64,000 nucleotides of DNA from Octopus sinensis (GCF_006345805.1 NC_043009.1:41788001-41852000); one strand, 5' to 3'. Shown: positions 12,938-27,953, numbered from the stretch's first letter. Numbers and translations: made by a program. Notes: generated by a model not told the origin, from the sequence alone.

Positions 12938-13684
12938 AGCCAAACACATATAATACAATAGTTTTAGATATAATGTCAAAGAACACAAAAACCTTGCTGG
13001 GAAACAGTAGTAGCATATAGGAATAAAAATGATTTCCCATTTCAACAAAAAGCATTATTGTCTCGGTCAGTTAGTCGAGAGCTTTTAAATAATAAAACAA
13101 ACAGCGCACAACGACGGGGAATGCATCTATAGAGATTTGGAAGATAAATCAAATAGATATTTGTTGAGAATGTGTCGTGTGCTGCATTTATCAGGGAAAT
13201 ATCTTCACAGCTTCACTATAAATGATTGAGAACAAAGAGAACCACACTTCAAAAGTTAGAAGTAGAAATATGGCGTCATCATGACATGAATATTAAACTG
13301 AAATTTGTCATTTCTTTTATTTGTTTTTTTTTTCTTTATATAGACACATACGTGAACTTTTTTTTTTTTTGCTTTGTTTTGTTTTAGAGTGTTATCTGTA
13401 GTGTTTGCTATTTTAGTTTTAACAGTAAAAAAATATCATCATCATCATCATCATCATCAAAAACAACAATAACAACAACAACAACAAGACAACAAAATAT
13501 CCATATGTTTAAATGTGTTAAATATCAGGGTCAGACATTCGAACGATAACCAAAATATATACTAACAATTGTGTTTGTTTTGACTGTTGGTATAACTCTA
13601 TTAAAAAGGAAAATAAAAAAAAAATCGTGAATATATTTCTGTTGCATTTCATTTAGCGGAAACTGAAACAGGAAACTGGAAACA

Positions 13685-13749
<65 letters not shown>

Positions 13750-14948
13750 TAATAATAATAATAATAATAACGATGATGATAAAACTAAAGGAATACCTTT
13801 CTCAATGTACATTCAGTATGATAATATCTATTTAAAATAGCAAATATTTAGCAATGCTATTAGTTGACACAATGAAATAATCAGTGTACATTGATGATAT
13901 TAATCTTATCGATCCAGAGATCCCAGTGAAACAGTAATGATATAATAGAGCTATATTTTCACATGAGATATGAGGCCCATTTTTGTAACGGACTTGTATC
14001 AAATGTGATATCAGTGTCGTTCTGGCATATATTTTAGCAACCCAACAGCAGTAATAAAAGGCAAAATACGATTTCATTTCTAATTTGCTACATCCTGTTG
14101 TTGAGTTCAAATAATTCTAATGCTGAAATTTATCATTTATTATTCATTTCTGGGGTGTGTGTGAAGAGTATAAAATATGTGCCAGGAAGTTTACTGGAAA
14201 AAGAAAATGTTTGATCCCTTTTCAATTGGTGATTAGCAAAAATGCTAGTTGTAGCGGGATTTAAAACAAATAGTAAACCTTTTATTTCAATCATCAAATT
14301 AAAAGGAGAAAACTTCGCTTGTATTTCTGTACTTTATTTGTGCAATCTACAAATCTGTGAAATTGCTATGTGTGGGATATTACAGAACATCACATAGCTG
14401 GTAGCGGGAAATTGAATCCAAAACGAAGATAGTCTACTGTAAATAGCAAAATTTCATCATTTGATAACCAAAGGAGAGTCTCTTAAAATATATTGTTGAG
14501 ACACCTAATGGCATTGCAATCGTAAAGATAGATGGCTTCTTCTGGTACACATACACACAGAGGACTGGAATATTACTGTTTGTTTCTCAATTCCACTGTG
14601 ATAATTATTAGGTCGAATATACTCTGTGTGCTTATGCCTGCCTCACAGTCATAATCAAAGAATATTCAGTAAACGTCAGTAAACGTAGTCTACCTGTGAT
14701 ATTAGCCAAACAAAGCAACGCATGGAAGTGTTTATTGGATAGAAATATGGTACAACTGAATCGAAAGACAGAATTTTCGATAAATCCTATAATTATGCAG
14801 AGGTATATATAATCACACAAAAAAAGTATACGTAATTATTCGCCTTTATTTCTGCATCTCGGTGTTCTCATTGCGGCACAGGTCATGCTGGATTTGCGGC
14901 ACAGGTCATGCGGCACAGGTCATTGCGGCACAGGTCATGCTAGCTCAC

Positions 14949-15180
14949 AGGCGGCGAGCTAGCAGAATCGTTAGCACGTCGGGCGAAATGCTTAGCGGTA
15001 TTTCGGCTGCCGTTACGTTGTGAGTTCAAATTCCGCCGAGGTCGACTTTGCCTTTCATCCTTTCGGGGTCGATAAATTAAGTACCAGTTAAGCACTGGGG
15101 TCGATATAATCGACTTAATACCTATGTTTGTCCATGTTTGTCTCCTCTATGTTTAGCCCCTTGTGGGTAATAAAGAAATA
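14949..15180 (+). mobile_element. SINE family A with multiplied target-site duplication
   Basis: Full-length copy. ggcacaggtcat occurs four times just upstream (14872-14942) and once immediately downstream (15181-15198). Confidence 0.92.
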
Positions 15181-15654
15181 GGCACAGGTCATGCTGGATG
15201 AGAGAGCACATTGAGGACAGCATTAAGCTGTTGTAAATTATGTAGATCTAGAGAAACAGAGATTTTAAAACTTATTCTTGTTACTAGTTGGACTAGTGAC
15301 CGATGAAAGCTGGTGTCATGTGCTTTTAGAAATTTAATATATACCACCGGTCATTAGAAAATAGTATAAACAAATATATGAAGCACAGAGTTGAAAACAT
15401 TTTTTTAATTTTGGAGACGTTTCAGAATTTTTGAAACATTTTGAATTTTAGAGATGTTTTGAATTTTGTCATATTATTCGGTTTCACAGACATAAAATAT
15501 ACTTTATTAGATAAACTAATCAGGTTAGTTAAACCCAATGCAGTAACTACGAACTAACTAACTTACTAACCAACTTTCGAGCTATTTACATATCTATGTG
15601 TCTATGTCTCTATCTATTGATACACACACACATATATATATAGGTGTATGTATA

Positions 15655-15706
<52 letters not shown>

Positions 15707-16287
15707 CAGAGAGAGAGAGAGGGGGGAATTCATACATACATATATAAATAGTGAACGTGGCTTATTTGCAATTAACAACCGAAAGGCAGAAGTATATGAA
15801 TTGTTTTGACTCTCATTTCTAGCATTACTGCTGCTGACTAGTGCCCTTAGTCATCTTAGTGACATATATACATATGTATGTGTGTTTGTGTATGTGTGTG
15901 TCTGTGTGTGTGTGCAAAGAAATAGACAAGCAAGCATACTTAAATGTGTATGTACGTGTACGTAATCCAGGGTGCGAAAGAGTGAAACAGAGGTAAACAT
16001 GGAAACAGAGTTTACTGCCAGAACACTTGTCAATCTCTCTGCCGATAAAGAAAGTTTACTCGTTGTACACCCTCAGTGTTTTGGTTACAAGGAATATAAC
16101 GGTGTTGCTTAGGTTCATAAATTCCTCGAAAACTAATTCCGGTACACTTGCGCGCGCATACTCTCACACATATATATGAGCACACATATTTATATAAATA
16201 TGCATATATATACATATATATATCTATACATGATTATACATTATGTATATAATCGTATAGTATACATATATATTAAAATGGCTTGAG

Positions 16288-16354
<67 letters not shown>

Positions 16355-16824
16355 GTGTTTATTTCTAAATGTCAGAGTATATATAACTTTTATTGACACG
16401 GTATCAAACATTTTATTCATGGCATTGAAAACATAACTAGTGTTCTTCCTGACATGCCACGCAAAAGAGCTTCGCAAAAGAGCTTCGCAAAAGAACCTTC
16501 ATGAATATCCCTGTTGCAAAGACTGCTCCAGATCCGCTCGGAAATATCTGATAATTGTACGCTTTTAATCCTTACACGAAACTGACAGCAATGTGCTGTA
16601 TAAAGTTCATTCGACTGTATTTAAAATTGATCATTTCTATTGCACATATTGTATAGTTCTCTTTTGAAACATGAAACTTACTCTATTGCATGCATACATA
16701 CATACATACATAAATACATACATATATACATACATATCTATATATATATATATCAAAACATTTTTGCGTTATAAGATAAAAAAAACCCAGGGTGTGTAGA
16801 TATTAGAACATTTATAGATAGAAG

Positions 16825-16876
16825 GTCTTACAGCTGTTTCCAGGATATTTATTAATTATATCCCTTCATCGGATTC
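16825..16876 (-). ncRNA. Degenerate type I hammerhead motif (core CCGAUGA)
   Basis: Minus strand reads CCGATGA ag ggatat aattaataa atatcc tg GAAA cagctg TA agac. Stems II and III are intact; stem I is eroded. Confidence 0.55.
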
Positions 16877-16925
16877 GGTGTAAGAGGATGGGTAAGTAAT
16901 AATTAATTTAGATAGGATACAAAAT

Positions 16926-17155
16926 AGAGAGTGAGCTAGAGGAACGAAAATAGATGTGAGATATGTAGGGATATTGAATTTGTAGATCCATTTTTGGGGG
17001 GCAGAATGGTATATATGTAAGATTCCAATACCTTATCAGTATATTTTCTGATAAGGTATTGGAATCTTACATATATACCATTCTGCCCCCCAAAAGTGGA
17101 TCTACAAATTCAATATTCCTACATATCTCACATCTATTTTCGTTCCTCTACTTCA

Positions 17156-17162
<7 letters not shown>
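16926..17162. repeat. Near-perfect fold-back hairpin, ~114-bp arms, 8-nt loop
   Basis: 16926-17039 is the reverse complement of 17048-17162 with few mismatches; the loop is tatatttt. Confidence 0.93.
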
Positions 17163-17244
<82 letters not shown>

Positions 17245-17856
17245 GAGGTATATGTATATATATATATATATATGTGTGCGTATGTATGTATCTATCTATG
17301 TATATGCGTGCGTATCTGTATAACCATGTGTCAATGTATGATTGTTTGCACTTCGACTAATAAGATTAATGAAATTACTCAATATATTAATGAATTTTTT
17401 CCACTTATTCTATGTCTTGCTTCGCGGTGTCCCTACTCAGTTTCATGCTTCTCCCGTCAACATTTGTAACGTTCGTAACACCATTCTATGAGTTACTCTT
17501 ATAGAGATACTCTACACCCGTCATCGATGATAGTTTAACACTATTATTGCCTTAGTATTCTATTTCCATATTACTCCTCTATTTTTTCATTCTCCTTTGT
17601 ATCATATCAATATGCCCTGTACACATTTGCTATTATAAAGAGAGATTATGCTTTACAACATTATATATGTATATATATATAAATACATGCACATGTGTAT
17701 ATACATTTCTCTCTCTCTGTTTCAGTGTTTGTATATTTGCGTATGTCTTTGCACATGTGTAACTATGCATGTATGCATATATGTATGCATATATATATAT
17801 ATATATATATACAAACATATATATGTATATATGTATATATAGACGTATATATATAC

Positions 17857-17906
<50 letters not shown>

Positions 17907-17934
17907 TATATATATATGTATATATATATAATAT

Positions 17935-17974
<40 letters not shown>

Positions 17975-18260
17975 CTATATTTATATTTAGATATTATCGA
18001 TATTCCAATCAATATTTATATTTTTCATTAATCTATCTCCAAACGTTTGTATCTACACACAAACACACACGCGCGCGCACACACACTCACACATTCACAC
18101 ACACAACATATGAAACGTTCAACATAGATATAAATACTGTGGACTGTTTGTCTCTCCATAGACAAAGTTATCAATAGACAAAGTTACCATAGACAAAGTT
18201 TATGAATTCATAAACATAATAGGCACATGCACAATTATATGTACATATATATATAATATA

Positions 18261-18306
<46 letters not shown>

Positions 18307-18922
18307 CATATATGTACATATATAGATATATATACATATATATATACATATACATACATATATATGCACACACATAAAAATGTGCATGTATAAATGTATA
18401 TGTATATCTATATCTATCTATCTCTGTTTTTCTCTTTCTCTCTCTATAAATATGTATAGATACATACATATATACATACATACATACATACATGCATACA
18501 TAAATACACATACACATACACACATATATTTGTGCAGTTTTCATTATTAATAATTTAGTACAGCATCATTTATATTTATTTTCATTTCTCAGATAATCCA
18601 ACTTTGTTCACAGTATTGATTTTTATTTTAACTTCCGGGTTTGCAGCATTTTCCGCCAGGAGTCTAATATATAATACACATGTACTTCCGGCCGTGTAAA
18701 AGACGACAGATCAAGAAGAAAAGATGTATTTTTACCTGGTACCTGCCTCAAAATTGATGCAGGCATCAGAACATCCTTCGATTGTTTTGCTTCTTTCTAA
18801 TGTTAACTTTTAAAACGTTTAGTTTCCATTTTTACCGCTTTTATCTATTAACACAACAAATGTCACGCACGCGTATATGTGTGCGTGTGTGTATGTGTTT
18901 GTGTGTGTACATGTTTAATGCA

Positions 18923-18961
<39 letters not shown>

Positions 18962-19333
18962 AAAATAAAAAGTGTCATATTACACTATATATATATATGG
19001 ACAGACACATTGTGTATCTGGGTATATGTGAATGAAAACCAAGTTTAATTATAAACAATACAATCGCAAAATCGTTGAAAGTATATGTGTAGCGTAATGA
19101 TATTATACACAAGGATTTCAACTGTATACATATATATACATGTATTGAAAATTATAGACCTAGAGACCTCCGCAATTTATATGTAAATATGTATCTACCT
19201 CTAAAACGTGTTTCTATGTCTATGGAAGCAATCACAATTGTAAAACACTGCATCCATCATGGACATACATACGTAGCCTGTTTATAATGCAAGTGTGTAC
19301 GTATTTATGCATGTATAAATCTGTCTGTTTGAA

Positions 19334-19423
<90 letters not shown>

Positions 19424-19500
19424 GTATTTACACAGATAAAGACATAGGCACGTGCATAGATAGGTAAATAGAAAATTTGTTATAAATAAATATATATGTG

Positions 19501-19542
<42 letters not shown>

Positions 19543-19686
19543 TATATATAAGTATATTATATTAAATTAGAGATAAAACCACTATTAAGCAAATCAAACA
19601 ATGAAAAACTTAAGCCAATACATAAAATTAATTAATTTATTATTTTAAATATATATCAAAAGTATTAAAAGTTTAATAAAAGATAA

Positions 19687-19723
<37 letters not shown>

Positions 19724-20001
19724 TACATGCGTACGTAAATATATATATATATTTACATACATGCATGCATAAATGTGTGTGTATGTGTGTGTGTGTGTGT
19801 TTGCCTGTGTGTGTATAGTTTGAAACTACATGTGCGCAGTACTTTGAGGTCATCATCAATAAAACCTTAGAAAATTAGATTTTAAACTTGTATTGAGTAC
19901 TTTATTCCTCGGCGAATGAGGAATCCAGTGCACCCCTCCCCCACATATATAACAATTATTTAATATACAGGTTGTGTATGTGTACGTCCCCCTGCATCAC
20001 C

Positions 20002-20037
<36 letters not shown>

Positions 20038-21169
20038 ATATATACGAGTGTGTGCATATGTATGCATACGCAGGCACACGCACATTCATAGTTTTAGACA
20101 CGCATACGTATATATATATATATTCATAGTTGTATACATGGACACACACACACAGATACATATATATAATATATATATATATATATATACATATATATCT
20201 CTAGGTATATAAATACATATATGCGTGCATTTATGTCTTCTAACTGTTTAACTCGAAGTATATAGAAGCAATGACGTTCATGCCTTTCAGCGCATTTAAA
20301 TGATGCAAATCGACATTTATTTGAACCAGTGTCTTTTCATTCTTGAATAAATATTTCAAAAGAAAATTCATTATTTTCCCAGTATGACTTCCTGCATGTA
20401 TCATATGTAATTAATTTCTCTTTATCTCTTAAATATTCTAGTCTTTTCCACGAAAACAAATTGTTTTAATATTCATTATTCATTCAATTTTCCACACGTT
20501 TACCCCGATTTATTTGCCATTTCATATAGAATACTCCCATCGTACGATATAACCTGTTAATCTTACACTGTAGAATCAACTTTAATATATAGGTTAACAT
20601 ATCTCCAGTCTGTTTGCACTTACTTCTATTTATATTTATCTTCCATATTGTTTTATTCACCGAAACATCGTCAGTCCTTCATTACTTCACTATTTAAACA
20701 TCTTTCATTCTACAGTCCCCCTTTTCTTATGTTGTACATTGTAAGATTTCCGTGTATTTATTTGTACTGTTCTCTTCTCTTCTTCCCTTGTTAACATCAT
20801 TTGTGTTATTGGGTGGTCTTCGTTTTGGTTCATATCTACACTGCTCCACCTATTCTCACAAATATCTGCTGAATGTTAGCTTTTGTAATGTCCTTCTGGT
20901 GAAGAGTCATCATCATTTGTCGTCACAGCTGGAAAATATAAGTCAATTGAAGACAGTTAAGTTTAAGGATATAACAACATAACAATGGCTTTCCTCTGTT
21001 ATCTCAATGATTCGTATAAGGACATTGGCACATGCACATCATGCAAATGTATTTCCATATGTGCGGAATACACATGTTGAAACATATACAAACTTATAAT
21101 ATACAGACACATGCGGGTTTATATAATATACATTCTGAATTTTATATGTTTCTCTTTATTGTGGCACTC

Positions 21170-21478
21170 TATCTGTTACGACGACGTGGGTTCAGTTGAT
21201 CCGATCAACGGAAGCAGCCTGCTCCTGAAATTAACGGGCAAGTGGCTGAGCACTCCATAGACACGTGTACCTTTAACGTAGTTCTCGGGGAGATTCAGCA
21301 TGACACAGAGTGTGACAAGTCTGACCCTTTGAAATACAGGTACAGCAGAAACACGAAGAAAAAGTGAGAGAAAGTTGTGGCAAATGAGTACTGCAGGGGC
21401 CGCCACCCACCCCACTGCCAGACCCTCGTGGAACTTTAGGTTTTTTCGCTCAATAAAGACACACAACGCCCGGTCTGT
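21170..21478 (-). mobile_element. SINE-associated tail (family C)
   Basis: The minus-strand motif acacgtgtctatggagtgctcagccacttg is related to plus-strand copies at ~29425-29520 and ~59240-59360, both of which follow a family B-like head. Confidence 0.6.
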
Positions 21479-21527
21479 ATGTGTGTGTGTATATGACACT
21501 GTGTGAATAAGTGAATTATATACATAT

Positions 21528-21860
21528 AGGGTAAGTGTCTTCTACAATAGCCTCGGGCCGACCAAAGCCTTGTGAGTGAATTTGGTAAACGGAAACTGAA
21601 AGAAGATCGTCATATATATATATATATATGTATATATGTGTGTGTGTGTTTGTTTGTGTTTGTCCCCGCAACATCGCTTGACAACCGATGCTGGTGTGTT
21701 TACTCGTCTGCAACTTAGGTGTTTGGCAAATGAGACCGATAGAATAAGTACTAGGCTTAAAAAGAATAATTCCTGGGTTCGATTTGCTCGACTAAAGGTG
21801 GTGTTCCAACATGGCCGCAGTCAAATGACTGAAACAAGTAAAAGAGTAAAAGAGTAAAGA
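21528..21860 (+). mobile_element. SINE family B, 5' truncated
   Basis: Runs gggtaagtgtcttct...ggaaactgaaagaag, then (TA)n(TG)n, then a tail ending gaaacaagtaaaagagtaaaaga. Confidence 0.88.
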
Positions 21861-21877
21861 GTATATATATATATATG

Positions 21878-22550
21878 TGGCTGTGTGGTAAGTAGCTTCC
21901 TAACCAACCACATGGTTCCGGGTTCAGTCCCACTGCGTGGCATCTTGGGCAAGTGTCTTCTGCTATAACCCCAGGCCGACCAATGCCTTGTGAGTGGATT
22001 TGGTAGACGGAAACTGAAAGAAGCCTGTCGTATATATATATATTATATATAATACATATATATATATATTATGTGTGTGTGTGTGTGTGGTGTGGTGTGT
22101 ATGTGTTGTGTCTGTGTTTGTCCTCCTATGCTGGTGTATTTACGTTCCCGTCACTTAGCGGTCGGCAAAAGAGACCGATAGAATAAGTACTGGGCCTACA
22201 AAGAATAAGTCCCGGGTCGACTTGCTCGATTAAAGGCGGTGCTCCAGCATGGCCGCAGTCAAATGACTGAAAAAGTAAAAGAATAAAAGAAAGAAAGAAT
22301 GTGCGCGTGGTGTGTGTGTGTGTGTGTTGTGTGTGTGTTGTGGTATGTGTTTGTGTCTGTGTTTGTCCCCTATGCTGGTGTATTTACGTTCCCGTCACTT
22401 AGCGGTTCGGCAAAAGAGACCGATAGAATAAGTACTGGGCCTACAAAGAATAAGTCCCGGGGTCGAGTTGCTCGATTAAAGGCGGTGCTCCAGCATGGCC
22501 GCAGTCAAATGACTGAAACAAGTAAAAGAATAAAAGAAAGAAAGAATGTG
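21878..22550 (+). mobile_element. SINE family B, full length, with tandemly duplicated tail
   Basis: tRNA-like head tggctgtgtggtaag...ggttcagtccc, then CORE-like cttgggcaagt. The tail at 22110-22300 is repeated at 22355-22550. Confidence 0.9.
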
Positions 22551-22723
22551 CGCGTGTGTGTGTGTGTGTGTGTATGTATATATATATATATATATGTATG
22601 TATATGTATGTATGTATGTATGTATGTATGAATATATATATATATATATATGCACATACATACAAATATATGATATTGTGTGAATAATTGAATTATACAT
22701 ACATACATACATATATATATGTA

Positions 22724-22773
<50 letters not shown>

Positions 22774-23868
22774 TTATATATATAAGCATAAACCTTTATT
22801 ATACAGTTTGAGCGAGACAGGCAGACCGAGATATATGTATGTACCGTGTATGTATTCACTATTACAAAGATATCCAATTATTTTCATGGGTTTGTATAAA
22901 TTTCTGGCATGTAAATTTACCGGACATTGCAAGTAAAATATGTAAGGGAAATTCACACTTAAATAAATCAAATAATCCGAGGAACGTGACTGTAAGAGGA
23001 TTTTACATATTACCTCTTACTCTTTTTTAACGTTCCTATTAAATGTTAATGTATGATCAGATACAGTTAAATTAATTATTTGAAATATTATTCAATAAAA
23101 AAAAATTACAGAATAGAGAACGATCAATATATATAAAGGTTTCTTTGAATAGCTTAGGTTAAAAGTTGAAAATATAGATATTGTATAAAGTGTGACATTG
23201 CTTCATATATTGTCATACAGCCGTGTAAAACGTTTTGTAATTGGTCGAATCATACTAGAAATAAACAAATGCGTATCCTATTGGTTAGTGAATTCGGCTC
23301 TATTTCTGGAGTGGACGGCACCTTTTGTCATTTATAATGGTACTTCAGTTCACGTTACTCTAGTCTATATAGCCCTAAAATGAATCCCAGCTAACTGCTC
23401 TGCTCTGGTTATTCGGCTTGGTCAATGGGTAGAGTGTTGTGAGGATGTCTATATTTGCTCGCAGCTATAAATACACACTTAAAACAACTAGCATAAAAGC
23501 TATCAAGCCGCGTACAAGTTATCATGTCATGCTCGCTTACAAGTAACGGCGAAAGCAATTTAAGCCAAGTGTTTCCTTATTAATACATAAATGTAATACC
23601 CGTACGTATACAGACGAGAAACAAATCCCAACTTATCATGGGAAATTTGGCCCTATGTTTCTTGCATATTGTAAAATGTCGGAAGGGTTAGAGCTGCTTT
23701 CGGCTGCCATCAAAATCTGCTGTGGACATCTGTTCCTTCAAAGATGTCATCTTTGGTGACTGAACAGGCTTTTATAATGTATATCTGATGGTGGTGGTAG
23801 AAGTAGTGGTAGTGGTGGTGGTGGTGGTGGTGGTGGTGGTGGTATTGGTGATGGTTATGGTGTTAATA

Positions 23869-23899
<31 letters not shown>

Positions 23900-23951
23900 C
23901 AGCAGCAGCAGCATCACCACCAACAACAGCAACAGCAGCAGCCGTTCAAGA

Positions 23952-24032
23952 ATTTGGACCTGGAGATCTCCATTTCCAGCGACTTCGAGGGCCACCTCCC
24001 AGTGGTGTCGGGTGTCAACGAAGAGCCCTCGA
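23952..24032 (+). ncRNA. Candidate degenerate HDV-like ribozyme
   Basis: P2 is tcgagggcc/g(a)gccctcga. P3-L3 is acc-tcccagt-ggt, resembling ACCUCCUCGUGGU of R2-type ribozymes. J4/2 CGAA lies directly before P2'. P1 is only partly reconstructable. Confidence 0.35.
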
Positions 24033-24994
24033 CTACAACAAGACGACCCAAGTTTTTTTTCTTCCAAGGTCTGTGGTCTCCCGCTCCTAAGCCCTAGACC
24101 ATCACCTAATCACCCTTACCCGTCTTGTTGCTTAACAACAACAACAACAGCAAGAGCAGCAAGAGTTGTAGCAGAATGAGAAAGGAAGAGGTGATAGATA
24201 AATAAGGGAAAACTTGGTAGTGGGATGATGGAAATTGTACGGTAAAAAAATGAAACAGCGTTTCAGCTCTGTGTGAGTATGTGTATGTGTATATAAAAAG
24301 GAGGTACGTAAATGTTTGTATGTTGTGTGTGTGTGTGTGAGTGTGTGTGTGTGCAATGGCAGTGGGGTGGTGAACATTCAATGCTGAAAAGAAAATCAAA
24401 CAGCGTTTCACCTCTGTGTAAGTATATGTGTGTATTTGTGTGCGTGTGCAAGGGTGGTATGTCAATCTTTATATGTGTGAACCAGCGTTCTTTCAGTAAC
24501 AAACGATGATCGATTTCACATCACAAAATACAACCACAAGATAACATTGACAAGTGTATGAATTTGAGTTACCCTCAATATTCTATCTCTTGTACTTATA
24601 CATATACAAACTACTACAATTAGCCATAATTTTTGACGGCACGGGGCCACCTAGATATACATACATCTTTACATACTTGCATGGGAAATTTTCGCTGGGC
24701 GGTTTCTGGATTGAACACGCACATTGCAGTCACGTGTATACATGGAATACACAGGCGCACACACACATACATACACATACTTACTTAAGAAATAATGCAC
24801 CACTCACACTTGTGGTCTCAAATAACATGCACATCCATTACATGAGGATAGGTTTATCCACAGACACTACAAACGCATGAACCGACTAAATTTAGATACC
24901 CACCATCCAAAAAGCTGGTCTGATTTAAGCATAAAATCCTGAGTAACATGAATTCTGAAAAGGAAAAATAAAGTTTAAATTCCTAAGAAAAATA

Positions 24995-25825
24995 CTTACC
25001 TACCTACCTACCTACCTACCTACCTACCTACCTACCTACCTACCTACCTACATACTTACTTACTACCTACATACCTACCTACCTTTCTACCTACTACTAC
25101 TACCTACCTACCTACTACCTACCGACTTACTTACCTACCTACCTACTACCTACCTACCTACTACCTACCTACCTACCTACCTACCTACCACCTACCTACC
25201 TACCTACTACTACATACCTACTACTACCTACCTACCCACCTGCCTACCTACCTACCTACATACATACCATACCTACCTACCTACCTATCTACCTACCTAG
25301 CAACCCCTACCTACCTACCTACCTACCTACCTACCTACATACATACATACATACATACATACATACATACCTACTTACTTACCTACCTACCTACCTACCT
25401 ACCTACCTACCTACCTACCTGCCTACCTATCTACCTACCTACCTACCTACATATCTAACTACCTACCTATGTATATACATATATCCAACTATTCACTCAC
25501 CCATCCATCCATCCATCAATACATACATACATACCATACATGCATACATACATACATACATACATACATACATACATACATACATACATACAAACATACA
25601 TACATACATACATACATACTACATACATACATACATTACATACATACATACATACAAACATACATACATAACTACATACATACATACATACATACATACA
25701 TACATACCTACATACATACACACACACATACATACATACATACATACATACATACATACATGCATACATACATACATACATACATACATACATACATACA
25801 TACATACATACATACATACATACAC
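24995..25825. repeat. Long compound (CCTA)n then (ACAT)n tetranucleotide microsatellite
   Basis: Seen directly. Confidence 0.97.
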
Positions 25826-26549
25826 AAAGGCATGCACGATGTCGCAGGCAAATCATGGTATAAGTCAATCTCTCGATAGTTCTGGATTCTATTTAGTGAA
25901 TTCAATATGCAGAGTAATCAAAACAGAATACTAGAAGAAAGGATTAGGTTTATTTTTAATTCTTTTTTACACGTATTTCATTACAACAGGAGTCACATGT
26001 ATGCCTTTTGTGACTCCTATCCTGTTATAAACTACGTCAAACATGTACTTAAAAATATACTAAATTTTTCAGTCTTCTGTTTTGATATATTTACATATAT
26101 ATGTGTATACATTAATATATATATTTATAATTACAAATACATATACTGAGACTTAAACAATATAATACAGTACATGATTATTTTAGAACACTGATTTTTT
26201 GATACTGTAAAATTGTATACTTGACGCCTATATATATATATTCAAATATTAAAATATGTATATTTATAATTATATTTTTATCTATTGTATTTTAAATTGT
26301 TTTCACACTTAACCATGTCCATCTATATGTGTGTGTGTTTAAAGCTACATGTACACATAAAGTATATATATATTATATATATATATATATATAGATAGAT
26401 AGATAGATAGAGCACTCAGTATTAAACTCAGAATTAAACTACGTTTTTTATAATTAAACGTTATAACTTAGTAGAGTCTCACTATGGCAAGTTTCACTCA
26501 TCAGTTTTCATCAGGACATCCGTCATCCTTTAAATTCTGAACGAAGTTT

Positions 26550-26915
26550 TGTGTGGTTGCCGAAGTTAGCCATTAAGTACTTCCGTTAGAGGGAAATGTA
26601 GAGTAGCTTGAATTACTGAAGAAAAAATTATATAACAACTCCTTATTCTTCTGAAACATTGACAAGTGTAATGCAACAAAGCTTGTAAACTAGGTCCAGT
26701 TGTTGAATGAGACAAGGCTAACACTCGACATCAGCTGGAAAATTAGGGAGAACAGTAGGGATCCTACATAATGCCTAGAAAAATTGTAGCCTCTGCATAT
26801 TTGGTTATAGTTTTTTTTTTCTTTGCTATTGTTACATCCTTGGTTTATACTTGAACGCTAAAACAGATTCATTCAACAACTGCGCACATTAGTAGAAATT
26901 TTTCCTCCAGCACGA
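26550..26915 (+). pseudogene. Decayed Penelope-like GIY-YIG endonuclease fragment
   Basis: Disrupted peptides CGCRS...PLEG(K)C, KCNATKLVN*VQLLNE...DISWKI, KNCSLC and LNAKTDSFNNCAH**KFFL are homologous to the 52809-53270 remnant. A degenerate antisense HHR (CTGATGA...GAAAC) lies at ~26475-26520. Confidence 0.7.
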
Positions 26916-27168
26916 AACACACTGACACTAAAATCCGCCATTTATCATCCCTGATCGTGGGAAAGCGTCTCACGAATCAAATTACCCTTCAAAAGCTTAA
27001 ATATTCCCCTTTCTCACGTTTAGAAATAAAAAAAGTTCTTCAGCTCATTACACACTATCTTTCTGTCTTTTATTCCTTCGTACTTAATTGAATGCTTCTT
27101 GGTTTAACAATTCATTCCTTAACATTTGTCTGTCGTTTCCTTTCTTCTCTATTATATATGTAATAGTA

Positions 27169-27235
<67 letters not shown>

Positions 27236-27920
27236 GTATGGATGTAGATATATATGTTTATATATGTATGTACGTACGTATGTTTGTGTATGTATTTATA
27301 TATACCTAAATATATATATATATATATATATATATCTATATATATATGCGTGTGTGGTTCTTTACTTGTCCGAGTATTTTGTACTAGGTACATATATATC
27401 TATATTTACATATAAAATTATAACACTGCGTTTGAAGTATCATAGATCTTGCCCCTCCATCTATGTATATTTATACAGAGAGTGAGAGACAGAGGACGAG
27501 AGAGAGAGAAAGAGAGAAAGATGGGAATGTAGATACGTATATACACTTATTAATACGTGCAATCATGTTTATCTAAACAAATATACATAATGCATATATT
27601 TTTGTAGTTATATATTTCTATTAATGTGTTTATCTAGATTGTTGTGGGTATATGTCTATATATTCAAACACGTTATATATAATATATATATATATATAAT
27701 ATATATATAAGTATTAATACATACACGCACACCAATAGACACATAAATACATACACACACACAAACACACACATACACACATAAACAGACGAAAAATAAA
27801 CTGAAATATATATGTATATATATATACACTTGCATACACACACAAACATACCAAAAATAAACTGAGATACACACAACCATATAACACACATTTTTGATTA
27901 AGTATATGTGTATATATGTT

Positions 27921-27953
<33 letters not shown>

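Noticed and set aside
14872-14942. Short repeat array as CRISPR-like
   Set aside because: Eukaryotic context, no unique spacers and no cas genes; explained as a reiterated SINE target site.
22080-22550. Tandem duplication of a SINE tail as a functional array
   Set aside because: Copies differ mainly by single-base deletions, so this is a local duplication or assembly artefact.
24995-25470. (CCTA)n as interstitial telomere
   Set aside because: The unit is TAGG, not TTAGGG or TTAGG, and it grades into (ACAT)n.
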